A DNA stretch of 64,000 nt from Candidatus Obscuribacteraceae bacterium (GTDB taxonomy: Bacteria; Cyanobacteriota; Vampirovibrionia; Obscuribacterales; Obscuribacteraceae): contig JBGAHS010000003.1 of the NCBI GenBank assembly GCA_044226015.1, forward strand, positions 96,001 to 160,000. Reading direction: 5' to 3'. Below the pieces are notes generated by a model. The model did no database searches and had not been told where the DNA came from. It saw only the letters and a list, made by a program, of their open reading frames with translations. The position numbers were made by a program, and so were the translations under genes. This document shows, piece by piece, positions 27,844-38,196 of the stretch. The number at the start of each line of letters is the position of its first letter. Within the stretch, counting starts at the first letter, position 1.

Positions 27844-29580
27844 TTAAGTTCTTCGCGAAAAATGTGGCAGCCTAAATGGCTTATGCTTTTCCTGCTGTTG
27901 TTCGAAACGACGAGGCTGCTCGAATGGGTTTGTTCTCCTCATGCCTTGAGCAGCGCCTCCACCATCAGGAGCAGTGATTACAGTCTTCGGCATTGATTTT
28001 TGCAGCCAGGCAACCTTGTCTGGAGTCAGCTTTGTGTCTTCAAGGTTTAGCACTAATAGTTGCTTTGCCTTAGCAAGATCAGCGACAGCATCATCTGTAA
28101 TTGAAGTGCCTTTAAGAGAAACAGAGCGAAGATTTGGCATGTCTTTTAGTGCCTTGATTCCCTCGTTTCCAATTCCGCTGTAATCGAAATTCACGACCTG
28201 AAGCGCCTTCATAGCCTTCAGATGATTCATACATTCATCGGTGATGACAGTGTCGGAAAGATTCAAGTTCGAAATCGGGAAAGTCCTGATATGACCAACT
28301 CCCTCATCTCCAACACGAGTGCTGTGAAGGTTCAACTCTTGAAGATTTCTAAGTCCCTGAGCTCCGAGAATTTTCATACTGTTGTTATCAACATCGCAAT
28401 CATTCAACATCAGTTTATTCAGATTTGGAGCCGCGTTCAGCAATCCCAGCCCTGCATCGGTGATTGATGTAGCATTGACATCGAGTTCTGAAAGTTGAGT
28501 TCCGCGAGCCTTTAGATAACCTTCGAGTCGCTGATCAGACGTCAAATTCTTCTGCTCTGGAATTTCGTAAAGTTGCCCGCTTCGTTCTTTTACAGTGAGT
28601 GTGTCCGGAAAAATACGCTCGCCGATTGGGGGCTCATCATAAGAAGGAAACTCAGCAACTGGCTCTTGAGTGTCAACTGTTTCTGGTGGATCATCCGCTC
28701 CATCTGGCACAGAAACCAATTTATAACCAAGCGGAATTCCTCTATTACCTCGTTCCATACTTGACGTATCAATAGATGGTAGCGAAGGCAAATCTTCTCG
28801 CCTTTGAGGCATTATGCTCGGAATTGGTGGCTCAGCTTCAGGCATCGGAAGCGGAATATCACGATTTGATGGTGCTGGCGACGACACTGTAGTTCTCTTC
28901 TTTTCAATTTCAATTGGTGCAGGTGTCGGTTGAGGAGAATTCTCAGGACGAACTAAGACGGAGTGTTCGCCAGGGGTGGCTGGCAAATCCGAAGCAGACT
29001 GGAAGCCTGCGCTCCCAGACGGTCCCGCATCTGGTTTCACTAATACGGAATGCTCTGCTGGAGTCGGTTCCGATTCGGGGGCAATTACTGAATGCTCCGC
29101 CCGCGTCGGCTCAGGCTTTACTGGTTTCACTAGAATCGAATGCTCTGCTGGAGTCGGTTCCGTTTCGGGGGCAATTACTGAATGCTCCGCCTGCGTCGGC
29201 TCAGGCTTTACTGGTTTCACTAGAATCGAATGCTCTGCCGGAGTTGGCTGAGGTCGCTCGTTGCGTGCATCTTGCCTGGGCTGCTTACGATTATCAGCTA
29301 TATTTGTTTGAGGTCCATCTATATCCGGAATGTAATTCGGATTCGTCCTGCTACGGTCAGAAACGTTTGTTCTTCTATTCGGGTGCTCGAAATTGTCACT
29401 AATAGAAATGCCATGCTTAGCCAATTCTCGTTCGTGCCGAGCCTGAATACGACGTTCTCTGTTACTGCGAACCGTATCGATAACGCTTCCAATTAAATCT
29501 CGTACCGGGCGAAATTCTTGCTGTACATAACCTGACGGGACAGCATTGTCGTCTGCCCTGTACGAATCTCTGAATGGCAT
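27844..29580 (-). CDS. Leucine-rich repeat (RNI-like) protein with long Pro-rich repetitive N-terminus
   Basis: C-terminal ~24-aa LRRs (L.EL.V..T.ITD.GL..L...PNL); N-terminal PTPAEHS repeats; RBS gaggt. Confidence 0.85.
   Translation of the reverse strand: MPFRDSYRADDNAVPSGYVQQEFRPVRDLIGSVIDTVRSNRERRIQARHERELAKHGISISDNFEHPNRRTNVSDRSRTNPNYIPDIDGPQTNIADNRKQPRQDARNERPQPTPAEHSILVKPVKPEPTQAEHSVIAPETEPTPAEHSILVKPVKPEPTRAEHSVIAPESEPTPAEHSVLVKPDAGPSGSAGFQSASDLPATPGEHSVLVRPENSPQPTPAPIEIEKKRTTVSSPAPSNRDIPLPMPEAEPPIPSIMPQRREDLPSLPSIDTSSMERGNRGIPLGYKLVSVPDGADDPPETVDTQEPVAEFPSYDEPPIGERIFPDTLTVKERSGQLYEIPEQKNLTSDQRLEGYLKARGTQLSELDVNATSITDAGLGLLNAAPNLNKLMLNDCDVDNNSMKILGAQGLRNLQELNLHSTRVGDEGVGHIRTFPISNLNLSDTVITDECMNHLKAMKALQVVNFDYSGIGNEGIKALKDMPNLRSVSLKGTSITDDAVADLAKAKQLLVLNLEDTKLTPDKVAWLQKSMPKTVITAPDGGGAAQGMRRTNPFEQPRRFEQQQEKHKPFRLPHFSRRT
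29031..29250. repeat. Intragenic 90-bp higher-order repeat (alternating 16- and 14-codon units), about 2.5 copies
   Basis: Near-identical blocks tgctctgctggagtcggttcc...ggggcaattactgaatgctccgc...tcaggctttactggtttcactagaatcgaa. Confidence 0.9.
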
Positions 29581-29753
29581 GAATAATAGACCTCAAATGA
29601 AACCGCCTTTGAAGCCTGAGCAACCCAATATGATAAGTTAACTAATCGCTTGTGGAATTCTTGTGACCGACCACTGGGGAGATCACCATATATGAAATGG
29701 CATTTCGTGCAAGTTAGCATAGAGCTTCGCTAGCCTGGGTCTTTACAGAGCCT

Positions 29754-29791
29754 AAAAGAGGAATACGACGCACATTCATGCGTCGTATTCC
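29754..29791 (-). terminator. Intrinsic terminator downstream of the spermidine-synthase-like gene
   Basis: ggaatacgacgca-cattca-tgcgtcgtattcc (13-bp perfect stem) with a T-run on the minus strand. Confidence 0.7.
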
Positions 29792-29956
29792 AGAACATCG
29801 AATAAAAGTCCTTAACCTGGCGCTATTCTCCTTCAGTTAAGGCAAGCAGCGGAAATAGCGAAAACGATGCTCCTTCCATTCGTGCAACTTGTATGAGTAG
29901 ATTCAGTTGCTAGAAAAAAGTTCCCAACACAAAAACGTTGGCTACGATGTGGTCGC

Positions 29957-32455
29957 CTAGCTAGACGAATTTTCTGCCACGCGCACTTTGAGAGACAGAG
30001 CGGCAAATACAAAAGCCACAAGATAAAAGACAATACCCACCACAAAAGCTACGGAAATTCCAAATATCAAAGACAGCAGCACAGCAAGAACTGAGGCGCA
30101 GACAGATGCTGCACCATTGATACCCCAAAACCAGGGCGTCAAATCCGAATCTTCTGTAGCCATAAACATGCCTGCCGGAAATGCCATTCCCATGAACACT
30201 CCCATTGGTGCCGTTATCAGAACAGCGATAATTACTCGGAAGGCTGTCTCTTGGGCTTGAAAGATTTTGATCAACTCGGGTCCAGCAAAACCAGATAGAG
30301 CAAGAATTACAATAAGCAAGCAAAGTCTTATTTGGATAGCTCTGGCATCAGTTTTCATGACTGTTACGAGGTAACTTCCCAGCGCGCCAGAAAGCAAAAG
30401 AGAAAACAAAATAACCGTAAGACCAAATGAGGGATGTCCAAGAAACATCGAAAGCCTTTGCATTTGCGATATTTCAATAAACATAAACCCCATTCCAATA
30501 GAAAAGAAATAGCCGAGTGTAAACAAAGCGTTTTTTCTCTTGCTCAAATTGAGCGTTGAAGCGGCTCTGACAAACGGCAAGGCAATACAGACTAGGGTCA
30601 TCGTTCCAACAATAAATAGCAACCAGCACAAACTGATTATTGCGTTGCTGGCAATCTGAATTGAATGCCAATTAGTAAGAACCTCACCGAGTTTTCTTAA
30701 AGGCATCTTTTGAAAAAAGAATGGTGAGTCATCAGTTGGAGCACTTGCATTAACATCGAGCGTAGGCACAACAGAATCAGGATTTCGCGCCAGATTTGCA
30801 AGTATGGAAGAATCAGATTTGCCCGGACAGAGAATCAGCTCAAAGCCCAATTTCTCGCAGCGCTCACTCAATATCTCAAGATCCCTCTTAGAAAATGGGT
30901 CACGGCAAACAAGCACAGTCGCTACAGGGGGCAAGGTTTCGTCAATTCTCCCCCCTTTAATAACAGCAATATGGCTTGCCGGGTCCGCAATTCCCTCGGC
31001 TCGAAGAGTGTTGTTCGCCAATACAATCAATCGATAGATCTCAAACGAACTAGCATCGTACCAGCGCGAGAAAGAGATGATTCCACCGGAGTTCAAATGT
31101 TCAAAAAGAGTTTTCCAGGACTCAAGCGTATATAAGGAATTCTCTGAGAGCGAAAGACCGCCCGCTAGACTCGCCGCCCAAGTATCAATTAAAGAGACTT
31201 GAATGATGTCGTAATGCTCTTTGCTCCTTGTGACATAGCTTCGTCCCTCATCATTCACAATTTTCACAGCAGGATGTCTATCAAGCTGACCAGTGAACAT
31301 GCCGAACTTGTTAATCACTGCATCAATGATGTCCTGGTTTAATTCAACACCTGTAACCGCCTTTTGAGAAAAAGCAAGCGCTGAAAGAATATCGCGTCCA
31401 CCACCAACGCCCATCACTAGCACATTCGCGTTTTGCCTCAAGTTATGCGCAATGTTGGTCACGTCAAACTTAAGATGCCTGACTTCGTCCAGATTTCCAT
31501 CAAAATGAGTAAGAACAGTCGCAGCTTCCCCATCTATATGTAGGTAAAGCTGCCGCACTTTAAATGATGGGTCGAACTTCGGACTCAAGCCCCAACCAAT
31601 AGGCTTAGTCCAGACACCAGGCTCACCAAAGACAATAATTCGCGAGAAGCTGTTCCATTTTTGATAGACAGGCTGCGGGTCAATCTTGCCCTTCACATAA
31701 TGAAGCGTGAGGAATGGCTTGTTTTGCTTAGCCATCACAAGCTGAGCACAGGCAAAAGCAAGCAAAAGCAAAGACGTGATGAATGCGGCTTGAGCGCAAT
31801 TTTGCTGCCACCAGCTTTTCGGCGTTTCGGCTTCGAGTTCCAGTTCTGGCTCTTTTTCCGCCTCATTGCGCTCACCCCCCGCCCCGAAGTAACTCGCCGC
31901 AAAACTAGCCCCAGCAGCAACCAACAAAATCGAAGACATGCAATCTGAAAGTGAAAGCAAAGGCGAAAGCATTAGACACCCCGCTGCGGCACCGGCAAGG
32001 TCGCAGGCGTATAACTTTCCCAATTGCCTCGGAAACTGCGTCAGCGCGACGGTGCTTACGACTCCACTGAATATAAAGGGCATCGCCAGCAGAGGAAAGG
32101 TGAGAGCCGTGTATGCCCCCCAGGCTTGAGCGAGCGGAAAGGACGACAAAACAGCCTGGATAATTGCATGAGCTAATACCGCCAGAAGCAACGACAGCGC
32201 GAACAACCAGGAAAACAGCGAGAGCCTTTCACCTGCCTTCCCAACTGTAAAGTATGATGGTTTCAGGAAGACGAGCAGAGCGCCGCAAGTTAGCCCAAAC
32301 ATGGCAATCGAAATCGCCATAAAAGCAAAGTGATACCAGAGCGTCACACTAAAAATTCGAGTGATCAGCATCTCGTAGAGAAGCGTGCCCGCCGCAACCA
32401 AGAAAAGACCAAAATAAATTTCCCGGCTTGCGATTTTCTCGACTCCTGCTTTCAC
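29957..32455 (-). CDS. Polytopic membrane protein with central spermidine-synthase-like SAM-binding domain
   Basis: N-terminal TMs (LYEMLITRIFS..LWYHFAF..ISIA), WNSFSRI, VLVMGVGGGRD, GVELN, DEGRSY, ENSLYT.E, PTDDSPFF, C-terminal TMs with WG.NG.ASV. Start uncertain (ORF open to 32605). Confidence 0.85.
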   Translation of the reverse strand: MKAGVEKIASREIYFGLFLVAAGTLLYEMLITRIFSVTLWYHFAFMAISIAMFGLTCGALLVFLKPSYFTVGKAGERLSLFSWLFALSLLLAVLAHAIIQAVLSSFPLAQAWGAYTALTFPLLAMPFIFSGVVSTVALTQFPRQLGKLYACDLAGAAAGCLMLSPLLSLSDCMSSILLVAAGASFAASYFGAGGERNEAEKEPELELEAETPKSWWQQNCAQAAFITSLLLLAFACAQLVMAKQNKPFLTLHYVKGKIDPQPVYQKWNSFSRIIVFGEPGVWTKPIGWGLSPKFDPSFKVRQLYLHIDGEAATVLTHFDGNLDEVRHLKFDVTNIAHNLRQNANVLVMGVGGGRDILSALAFSQKAVTGVELNQDIIDAVINKFGMFTGQLDRHPAVKIVNDEGRSYVTRSKEHYDIIQVSLIDTWAASLAGGLSLSENSLYTLESWKTLFEHLNSGGIISFSRWYDASSFEIYRLIVLANNTLRAEGIADPASHIAVIKGGRIDETLPPVATVLVCRDPFSKRDLEILSERCEKLGFELILCPGKSDSSILANLARNPDSVVPTLDVNASAPTDDSPFFFQKMPLRKLGEVLTNWHSIQIASNAIISLCWLLFIVGTMTLVCIALPFVRAASTLNLSKRKNALFTLGYFFSIGMGFMFIEISQMQRLSMFLGHPSFGLTVILFSLLLSGALGSYLVTVMKTDARAIQIRLCLLIVILALSGFAGPELIKIFQAQETAFRVIIAVLITAPMGVFMGMAFPAGMFMATEDSDLTPWFWGINGAASVCASVLAVLLSLIFGISVAFVVGIVFYLVAFVFAALSLKVRVAENSSS

Positions 32456-32664
32456 AAAGACTAGATTATCTTCCCATGACAGCGATTCGCGGCCCAGTTC
32501 ATAGAGAATCTGTAGATTAGAGAAACAGATCGAGTGGGAATTCTCCCATGGCACTCGTGAGATCACGCATTTATACCAGGCTAAGTTCCTTCTAATATTT
32601 AGCAATCTGGTTCTGTCTGGTTACTGTAGTCAGAACGTTTCTTAAGGTCGGAGGGTCTTTGTAT

Positions 32665-35379
32665 ATGGCAGACGGATGGCGTTCATTTGATAGCGCTGAG
32701 TCTCATAAGGCTAGGAAGAGTCCATGGGCGAGTAATGACGACCATGATGATGACAAAAAGACAGTTGAGAGAACTGGCTGGGGAGACAATCTGTCCCCAC
32801 TTACTCAGAATTTTCCGCAAAACAACGTTGGTGACGGAGTGAATCCTAACGCCAATGGAGGGAACGGACAGAAGCCATGGCGTGCAGGCGGAAACAACGT
32901 AGCACCTGGCGCACAAAACATGGGTAGAGAGCGAGACCGCGACCCATTCAAGCAACAACAGCGCAGCGCACCCGGAACTGATGCAAGCTCGCCAGATGTG
33001 GCAGCACCAGCACAACAATGGAAGCCTGAATATCCTTCTTCTTCCTTCCAGCCAGCTGAGAATCCCAATCCCCAACCCTGGAATCCGACCCCGGGCAGAG
33101 CAACATATCCAGATTCTACATATCGTGGTCCAGCGGAAGCCCAACAGCCGCAGCCTGCTCCGCAAGGACAGATGGATTGGAAACAGTTTGCAGAAAGACA
33201 GATACAGCAAGGTCCACAAGGTCCCTTTGGTGGAAAAGATGCTCCTGGTGTACCTAGCAATCCAACGGTGTACAAGCCTACTGATGAACAAAGACAGTTT
33301 GTTGAGAATTCACTGAACACAAAGACTTCAATGCTCGGCTACCTCGGCACTGGCGCCATCACAGGCGGTGTCATTGGTGGAACCGAGTGGGCACTGGACC
33401 GACATCTTCTCAAAACAATGGGGCAGCCACAGACAGGCTTCATGGGCTGGTGGCAGAAACACAGCCCAGTGTTGCAAGAGCAAGATGCATTCAGAACAAG
33501 ATTGGGCACAGCCGAAGAGCTTCATGCAGCCCGAACCATTGAAAGAACTATGGCTCAGGACGCTCTCACAACCAGCGCCACAAAACTGAAAGACCTTGTC
33601 TCTGGCATCGACACAAGAGTCGCAGCCGATGAAGCTCTTAAGAGCATCAATTTGGCGCGCACTGGAGTTGTACTTGATGCTGAAGCTCGAAAAGCACTTT
33701 TGACGCAAATCAACGACCTACCCGCTGCTCAAAAAATGCTCTTAAAGCAGCAAGAATTCATCGGTGCAGCAACTAATATCACAAACCCGAGTAAGGTAGC
33801 AGCAGTTATTGGAACCGAAGCAGAAGTTGCCTCTGGAACCAAATTGTTTGTTGCAGGATCAGAGGAAGCCAAACATCTGTCTGACTTCGCTCGATTGAGT
33901 CAGGCTAACACCAAAGCCGTCAGCGCTGTAACCGCAGCTGAAGGCGAACTAGAACGCTCAAGAGCAATGCTTCAAGAGTCCGTCGAAGGCGGCCCCGGCT
34001 CTCTTGCTGGACGCACTTTCAGTGGCGCAGCAAAGGGACTAGGAATCGCAGGTCTTTCACTTGCAGGCGGCTACGCTCTCGACACAGGGCTAAGCAAATT
34101 ATTCGGATACAGAGCCCCAACCACCGATGGTATGGGAAGATTTGCTCTTGATGGTGTCGCTGTTCCAGCAATTCTTCTTTCAGATTTGCCTGCGCGCTAC
34201 AAATTCGGTCTAGCAGGCGCAGCTTTTGTTAGCGCTCGCGCTTCTGACTACTTCGCCGGTACTGGCGCGAGTGTTCAAATGAGTTCATTGCTCCGTCCAA
34301 ACATTGCTGATGGCGTTCTCATCACAGGGGCTGCTATGGCACCAGTTGATGGCAGAACAAAAGCTCTGCTCATCGCAGGAGCATACGGACTTGGACGTGT
34401 CTACAATGGCATCGCCCGCGTAACAGGACTCGATGGCGATCGTCCCACGGAAATTAGAGATACTGCTGTAAATGCATTCACGCATGACCAAATGGCTCGA
34501 TCAGAATCTAGTTTCTCAAATGCTGTAGACAAAGCAAAAGCTCTCGGAAGAGAAAACGAAGTAGCGCTCGAACTTCAATACAACGACTGGCAAGCTAAAC
34601 AAAGCACCACAGCGCCACTTAGCTATATGAGAGGAACCGCAGTACTCGGAGCCGCTCTTGGCGAGTTCCGTCTAGAAGAAGGCAGTAGATTTGACCTGTC
34701 ATCTCACGCTGATAAGAAACCCCGCATCCTCAAAGGCTTCAATTATGACTTTGGTGGCGAAGCCAACATCTTCTTGCGTGTAGCTGCTGGAAATCTAGTA
34801 AATGCTCAGAACTTCGTTATCCAGAACAAAGGAAAGACCGTTGATGGTCAAGCAATGGATGACGCGTACCTCAGTCAACTCAAAGCAGAGCAGACTAAGG
34901 TAGAGCAACAACTGAACATCATCTACGGACCGCATGATGTTAAAGGTGTGTTCAATGAGTTACGCAATCAAGCAAGAGTCAACTCAGGAGACATGCAGCA
35001 AGCTCTCGTTCGCATGAAAAATACCTTCGACGTGCTGCAAACCAATGATGTAAGATTCCGTGCTAAAGCTGCTCGTGACCTTGCACTCGGGCACCTGGCA
35101 GAAAGCTCGTTCATGGTACAAAACGGCAATGGCGAAGAAGCAAGAACAATGTATCTGGCTGCCGTTCAGTACATCCAAGAATCACAGAGACTCGACCCAT
35201 CAGCTCCAGACAACAAATCTCTGGATGATCTGCAACGGGAAGTTGCTCAAGGCGCTCCAGGAATGAATCAAAAACAGAATCTTCCACAAGCGATCGATTC
35301 ACAATACAAGAGCAATTTCAACAACCCATTCCGGTTGAATACACCTCAGTATCCCGACATGCAGAAATGGAAACAATAA
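32665..35379 (+). CDS. Large hypothetical protein: disordered P/Q/G N-terminus, Gly-zipper hydrophobic region, helical C-terminus
   Basis: About 904-aa ORF; RBS ggagg; no signal peptide. Confidence 0.8.
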   Translation: MADGWRSFDSAESHKARKSPWASNDDHDDDKKTVERTGWGDNLSPLTQNFPQNNVGDGVNPNANGGNGQKPWRAGGNNVAPGAQNMGRERDRDPFKQQQRSAPGTDASSPDVAAPAQQWKPEYPSSSFQPAENPNPQPWNPTPGRATYPDSTYRGPAEAQQPQPAPQGQMDWKQFAERQIQQGPQGPFGGKDAPGVPSNPTVYKPTDEQRQFVENSLNTKTSMLGYLGTGAITGGVIGGTEWALDRHLLKTMGQPQTGFMGWWQKHSPVLQEQDAFRTRLGTAEELHAARTIERTMAQDALTTSATKLKDLVSGIDTRVAADEALKSINLARTGVVLDAEARKALLTQINDLPAAQKMLLKQQEFIGAATNITNPSKVAAVIGTEAEVASGTKLFVAGSEEAKHLSDFARLSQANTKAVSAVTAAEGELERSRAMLQESVEGGPGSLAGRTFSGAAKGLGIAGLSLAGGYALDTGLSKLFGYRAPTTDGMGRFALDGVAVPAILLSDLPARYKFGLAGAAFVSARASDYFAGTGASVQMSSLLRPNIADGVLITGAAMAPVDGRTKALLIAGAYGLGRVYNGIARVTGLDGDRPTEIRDTAVNAFTHDQMARSESSFSNAVDKAKALGRENEVALELQYNDWQAKQSTTAPLSYMRGTAVLGAALGEFRLEEGSRFDLSSHADKKPRILKGFNYDFGGEANIFLRVAAGNLVNAQNFVIQNKGKTVDGQAMDDAYLSQLKAEQTKVEQQLNIIYGPHDVKGVFNELRNQARVNSGDMQQALVRMKNTFDVLQTNDVRFRAKAARDLALGHLAESSFMVQNGNGEEARTMYLAAVQYIQESQRLDPSAPDNKSLDDLQREVAQGAPGMNQKQNLPQAIDSQYKSNFNNPFRLNTPQYPDMQKWKQ

Positions 35380-35540
35380 GCACTTAAAGCAGTAGCCTCA
35401 CAACACCTCACAATTCCAAGTTATTCAGCTTGCCTGAAAGCTTGGTGAAGGTTCTGATTGCTAATCTATAGTATGGGAATTCAGCGCTTGACTATGCGCT
35501 GATATTTCCTCGCATCTCTAGATTAGTAATACGAGCCGTT

Positions 35541-38099
35541 TTGATGACTCAAGCAAGCACTGCAGCTGCCCAGAACAAGCGAATACTAGGCATTGACTTT
35601 CACTATCTTTCCAAAGAATGGAAAGACATGTTCAATCCCAAAACAGCGCTCAAGGATATATGGGCAGGTATAACGGTGGCACTTGTTGCACTTCCGCTCA
35701 ATCTTGCGCTAGCAATTGCCGCCGGAGTAGAGCCCGGAATTGGTATCACCACTGGTATCATCGCAGGACTGATCGGCTCTCTATTTGGAGGACAGAGGTA
35801 CGCGGTTACTGGCCCAGCAGCCGCCATGGCTGTCGTCTTGATTGAAATTGCGCAGAGCTATGGCATCGGTGCAATTTGGCTGGTGGGGCTTATGTCCGGG
35901 CTATTGCAAGTACTGGCTGGTGCATTGCGACTTGGCAAACTAATTTCTTTCATTCCAATGCCGGTAATAGTGGGCTTTGCGAATGCTATTGGCGTGCTTG
36001 TGATTTTCAACGCTTTGGACGACTTCCTTGGCATTCCAACTCATAGGATTGTACATGCCGGAAGCGCCGCTCCTTTGCAGGGACACCCACTCGTCCCGGA
36101 GTTTATCCAAGATATTATCGACCTCTTCTGGCATACCGTAGTTCATCACGAATGGAACATTTACGCACTTGCAACTGGTGGTCTTGTGCTGTCCATCGCG
36201 GCACTGGTTCCACGATGGACAAAAGTGGTGCCTGGACAACTGGTAGCTGTTGTGATCGGTTCAGTTGTTGCAGCCTTGCTGAATTTTGAAGTTCCACGCA
36301 TCATCGACATCAGCTCAATTCCCACGAGCCTGCCATTCCCTAGAATTCCGAATCTTCCCTGGGAAGCTTTTGACACTTTGTTCGCCTCTGCCCTTACCGT
36401 TTTTATGCTCGGTTCAATTGAGTCGTTGCTTTCGGCAACTGTTGCCGACGGTATGACCATGTCTCGCCGACACCAGTCAGATCAAGAGCTAATTGGACAG
36501 GGACTCGCAAACATAGTCACACCATTTTTCGGTGGCATTCCCGTCACAGGAGTAATCGCACGAACGGCTGTAAATATAAGGGCAGGGGCGCGAACAAGAC
36601 TCGCTGGAATTGTGCACAGCCTAGCGCTGTTAATTTTCACTCTTGTTTTTGCGAAATATGCCGAGCGAATTCCACTTGCCGCACTTAGCGGAATTCTTGT
36701 ACTAACTGGTGTTAGGCTCATAGAATGGGACGCGACAAAACAAATCTGGTCGGCATCTAAGACTGAAGGAACGATAGCAGTCATAACTACAGCAGTTTCA
36801 GTTCTGGTGGATCTCACAGCTGGTGTGGTGACTGGACTCTTGCTTACCTCAGGTATGTTCATCAAACAAATGTCACAACTGAAGTTAATAGAACCTGACT
36901 ATGACCCCGACCGACGCTCTTTAGTTCGCTTGCCAGCACCTACTTGCAAGTTCGTTCGTACCTATCTTGTAGATGGTCCGCTGTTCTTCGGCGCAGCTGA
37001 GAGATTTACCGAAACAATTCTGCAAGTGCAAAACTTGAAAGCTGTAATTCTGCACATGAGAGCGGTTTCTGTCATGGATCTGACCGGCGCAGAAACACTG
37101 CTTTCAATTTACACACAGTTGAAGCGTCACGGCATTAGACTGGTAATCGCAGAACTTCCTCATCAACCACTAGAAATGCTACAGCGCACCGGCACTCTAG
37201 ATAGACTGGGCATGGAAAATTGCTTCAAAGACTACAAACAAGCAATTTTATCGACCAACGCTTTATTACTGAAAACAACCTGTCAGGGATGCGCTGTGCC
37301 TCTTACAATGGTTGAGAAACCCGCAGTAAGCGGCATGAAAGATTGCACCCTGAGAAATGCACTTATTTTGAACACAGACCAAATATGCAATCTCATGAGG
37401 CAGCAGGTTTCTTGCGATAACGAAGGCTCGTGCGTAAACGAAAACTTCCTTCCCGCACCGCATGATTCGTTCGACTTGGACATGTCGAAACTCATCTCAC
37501 TTGACAGCAAGAGCGACATTCCAACAAAACTGCGTGGAACTCCGGTTGAGTCAGTCATCAGCAGCCACAACTTCTATGAAGTTTCAGAGATTGATTCCGA
37601 TGAATCAGCAGACTTGATTATAGGCATGTGCGTTGATTATCGAAAACAGCTGCATTTGCCTAAAAACACGGCGTACATCATACGAAGCCCCGGTGCAAAT
37701 ATGAAAGACTGCGAGTTCGGAATTGCGCTCGGAATTGGAGCCGGACTGAGTTACTTTGCGTTGATAGTTCATAACCGTTGCTTGATGTCCAACCCATTCG
37801 AGAAGAAAAATGTGGTGCTAAATGCGCTTACGAATGCGCACGGATGGAACTATACACAAGCAGAAACATTCTTTGACCGCATTGCAAACGAGAAAGAAAT
37901 TGATGACCCCGTAGAGTTTGCTATCAAAGAATCTGCTCGGTTGAGAAAGCTATTCAAGAATTTGAAAGTCATTCCGATGATGTACAGTGTGGACAACGAT
38001 CGCCTCTACTTGATCAAAGACGGAACAATCGAACCGAATACCAAAGCGGATGATGCGACCGATAGCAGCAATGAGCAAGCCGAACCAGCCATTCAATAG
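35541..38099 (+). CDS. SulP/SLC26 anion (bicarbonate?) transporter with STAS domain fused to a C-terminal beta-carbonic-anhydrase-like domain
   Basis: D..AGITVALVALPL.LA.AIA.G, GGQ...VTGP, ESLLSA.VAD, ELIGQG.AN, ARTAVN..AGA.TR; STAS GPLFFGAA...MD.TG; C-terminal GMCVDYR...IIR.PGAN...VHNRCLM. Confidence 0.9.
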   Translation: MMTQASTAAAQNKRILGIDFHYLSKEWKDMFNPKTALKDIWAGITVALVALPLNLALAIAAGVEPGIGITTGIIAGLIGSLFGGQRYAVTGPAAAMAVVLIEIAQSYGIGAIWLVGLMSGLLQVLAGALRLGKLISFIPMPVIVGFANAIGVLVIFNALDDFLGIPTHRIVHAGSAAPLQGHPLVPEFIQDIIDLFWHTVVHHEWNIYALATGGLVLSIAALVPRWTKVVPGQLVAVVIGSVVAALLNFEVPRIIDISSIPTSLPFPRIPNLPWEAFDTLFASALTVFMLGSIESLLSATVADGMTMSRRHQSDQELIGQGLANIVTPFFGGIPVTGVIARTAVNIRAGARTRLAGIVHSLALLIFTLVFAKYAERIPLAALSGILVLTGVRLIEWDATKQIWSASKTEGTIAVITTAVSVLVDLTAGVVTGLLLTSGMFIKQMSQLKLIEPDYDPDRRSLVRLPAPTCKFVRTYLVDGPLFFGAAERFTETILQVQNLKAVILHMRAVSVMDLTGAETLLSIYTQLKRHGIRLVIAELPHQPLEMLQRTGTLDRLGMENCFKDYKQAILSTNALLLKTTCQGCAVPLTMVEKPAVSGMKDCTLRNALILNTDQICNLMRQQVSCDNEGSCVNENFLPAPHDSFDLDMSKLISLDSKSDIPTKLRGTPVESVISSHNFYEVSEIDSDESADLIIGMCVDYRKQLHLPKNTAYIIRSPGANMKDCEFGIALGIGAGLSYFALIVHNRCLMSNPFEKKNVVLNALTNAHGWNYTQAETFFDRIANEKEIDDPVEFAIKESARLRKLFKNLKVIPMMYSVDNDRLYLIKDGTIEPNTKADDATDSSNEQAEPAIQ

Positions 38100-38196
38100 A
38101 ATAGGTTTCACCATCGCAGCAGGTTGAATCGCCCCGAACAAAAACATCCTCCTATGAGTTCAATTCGAAGAACTCAATGTGACTCTTCAGCGCTGC

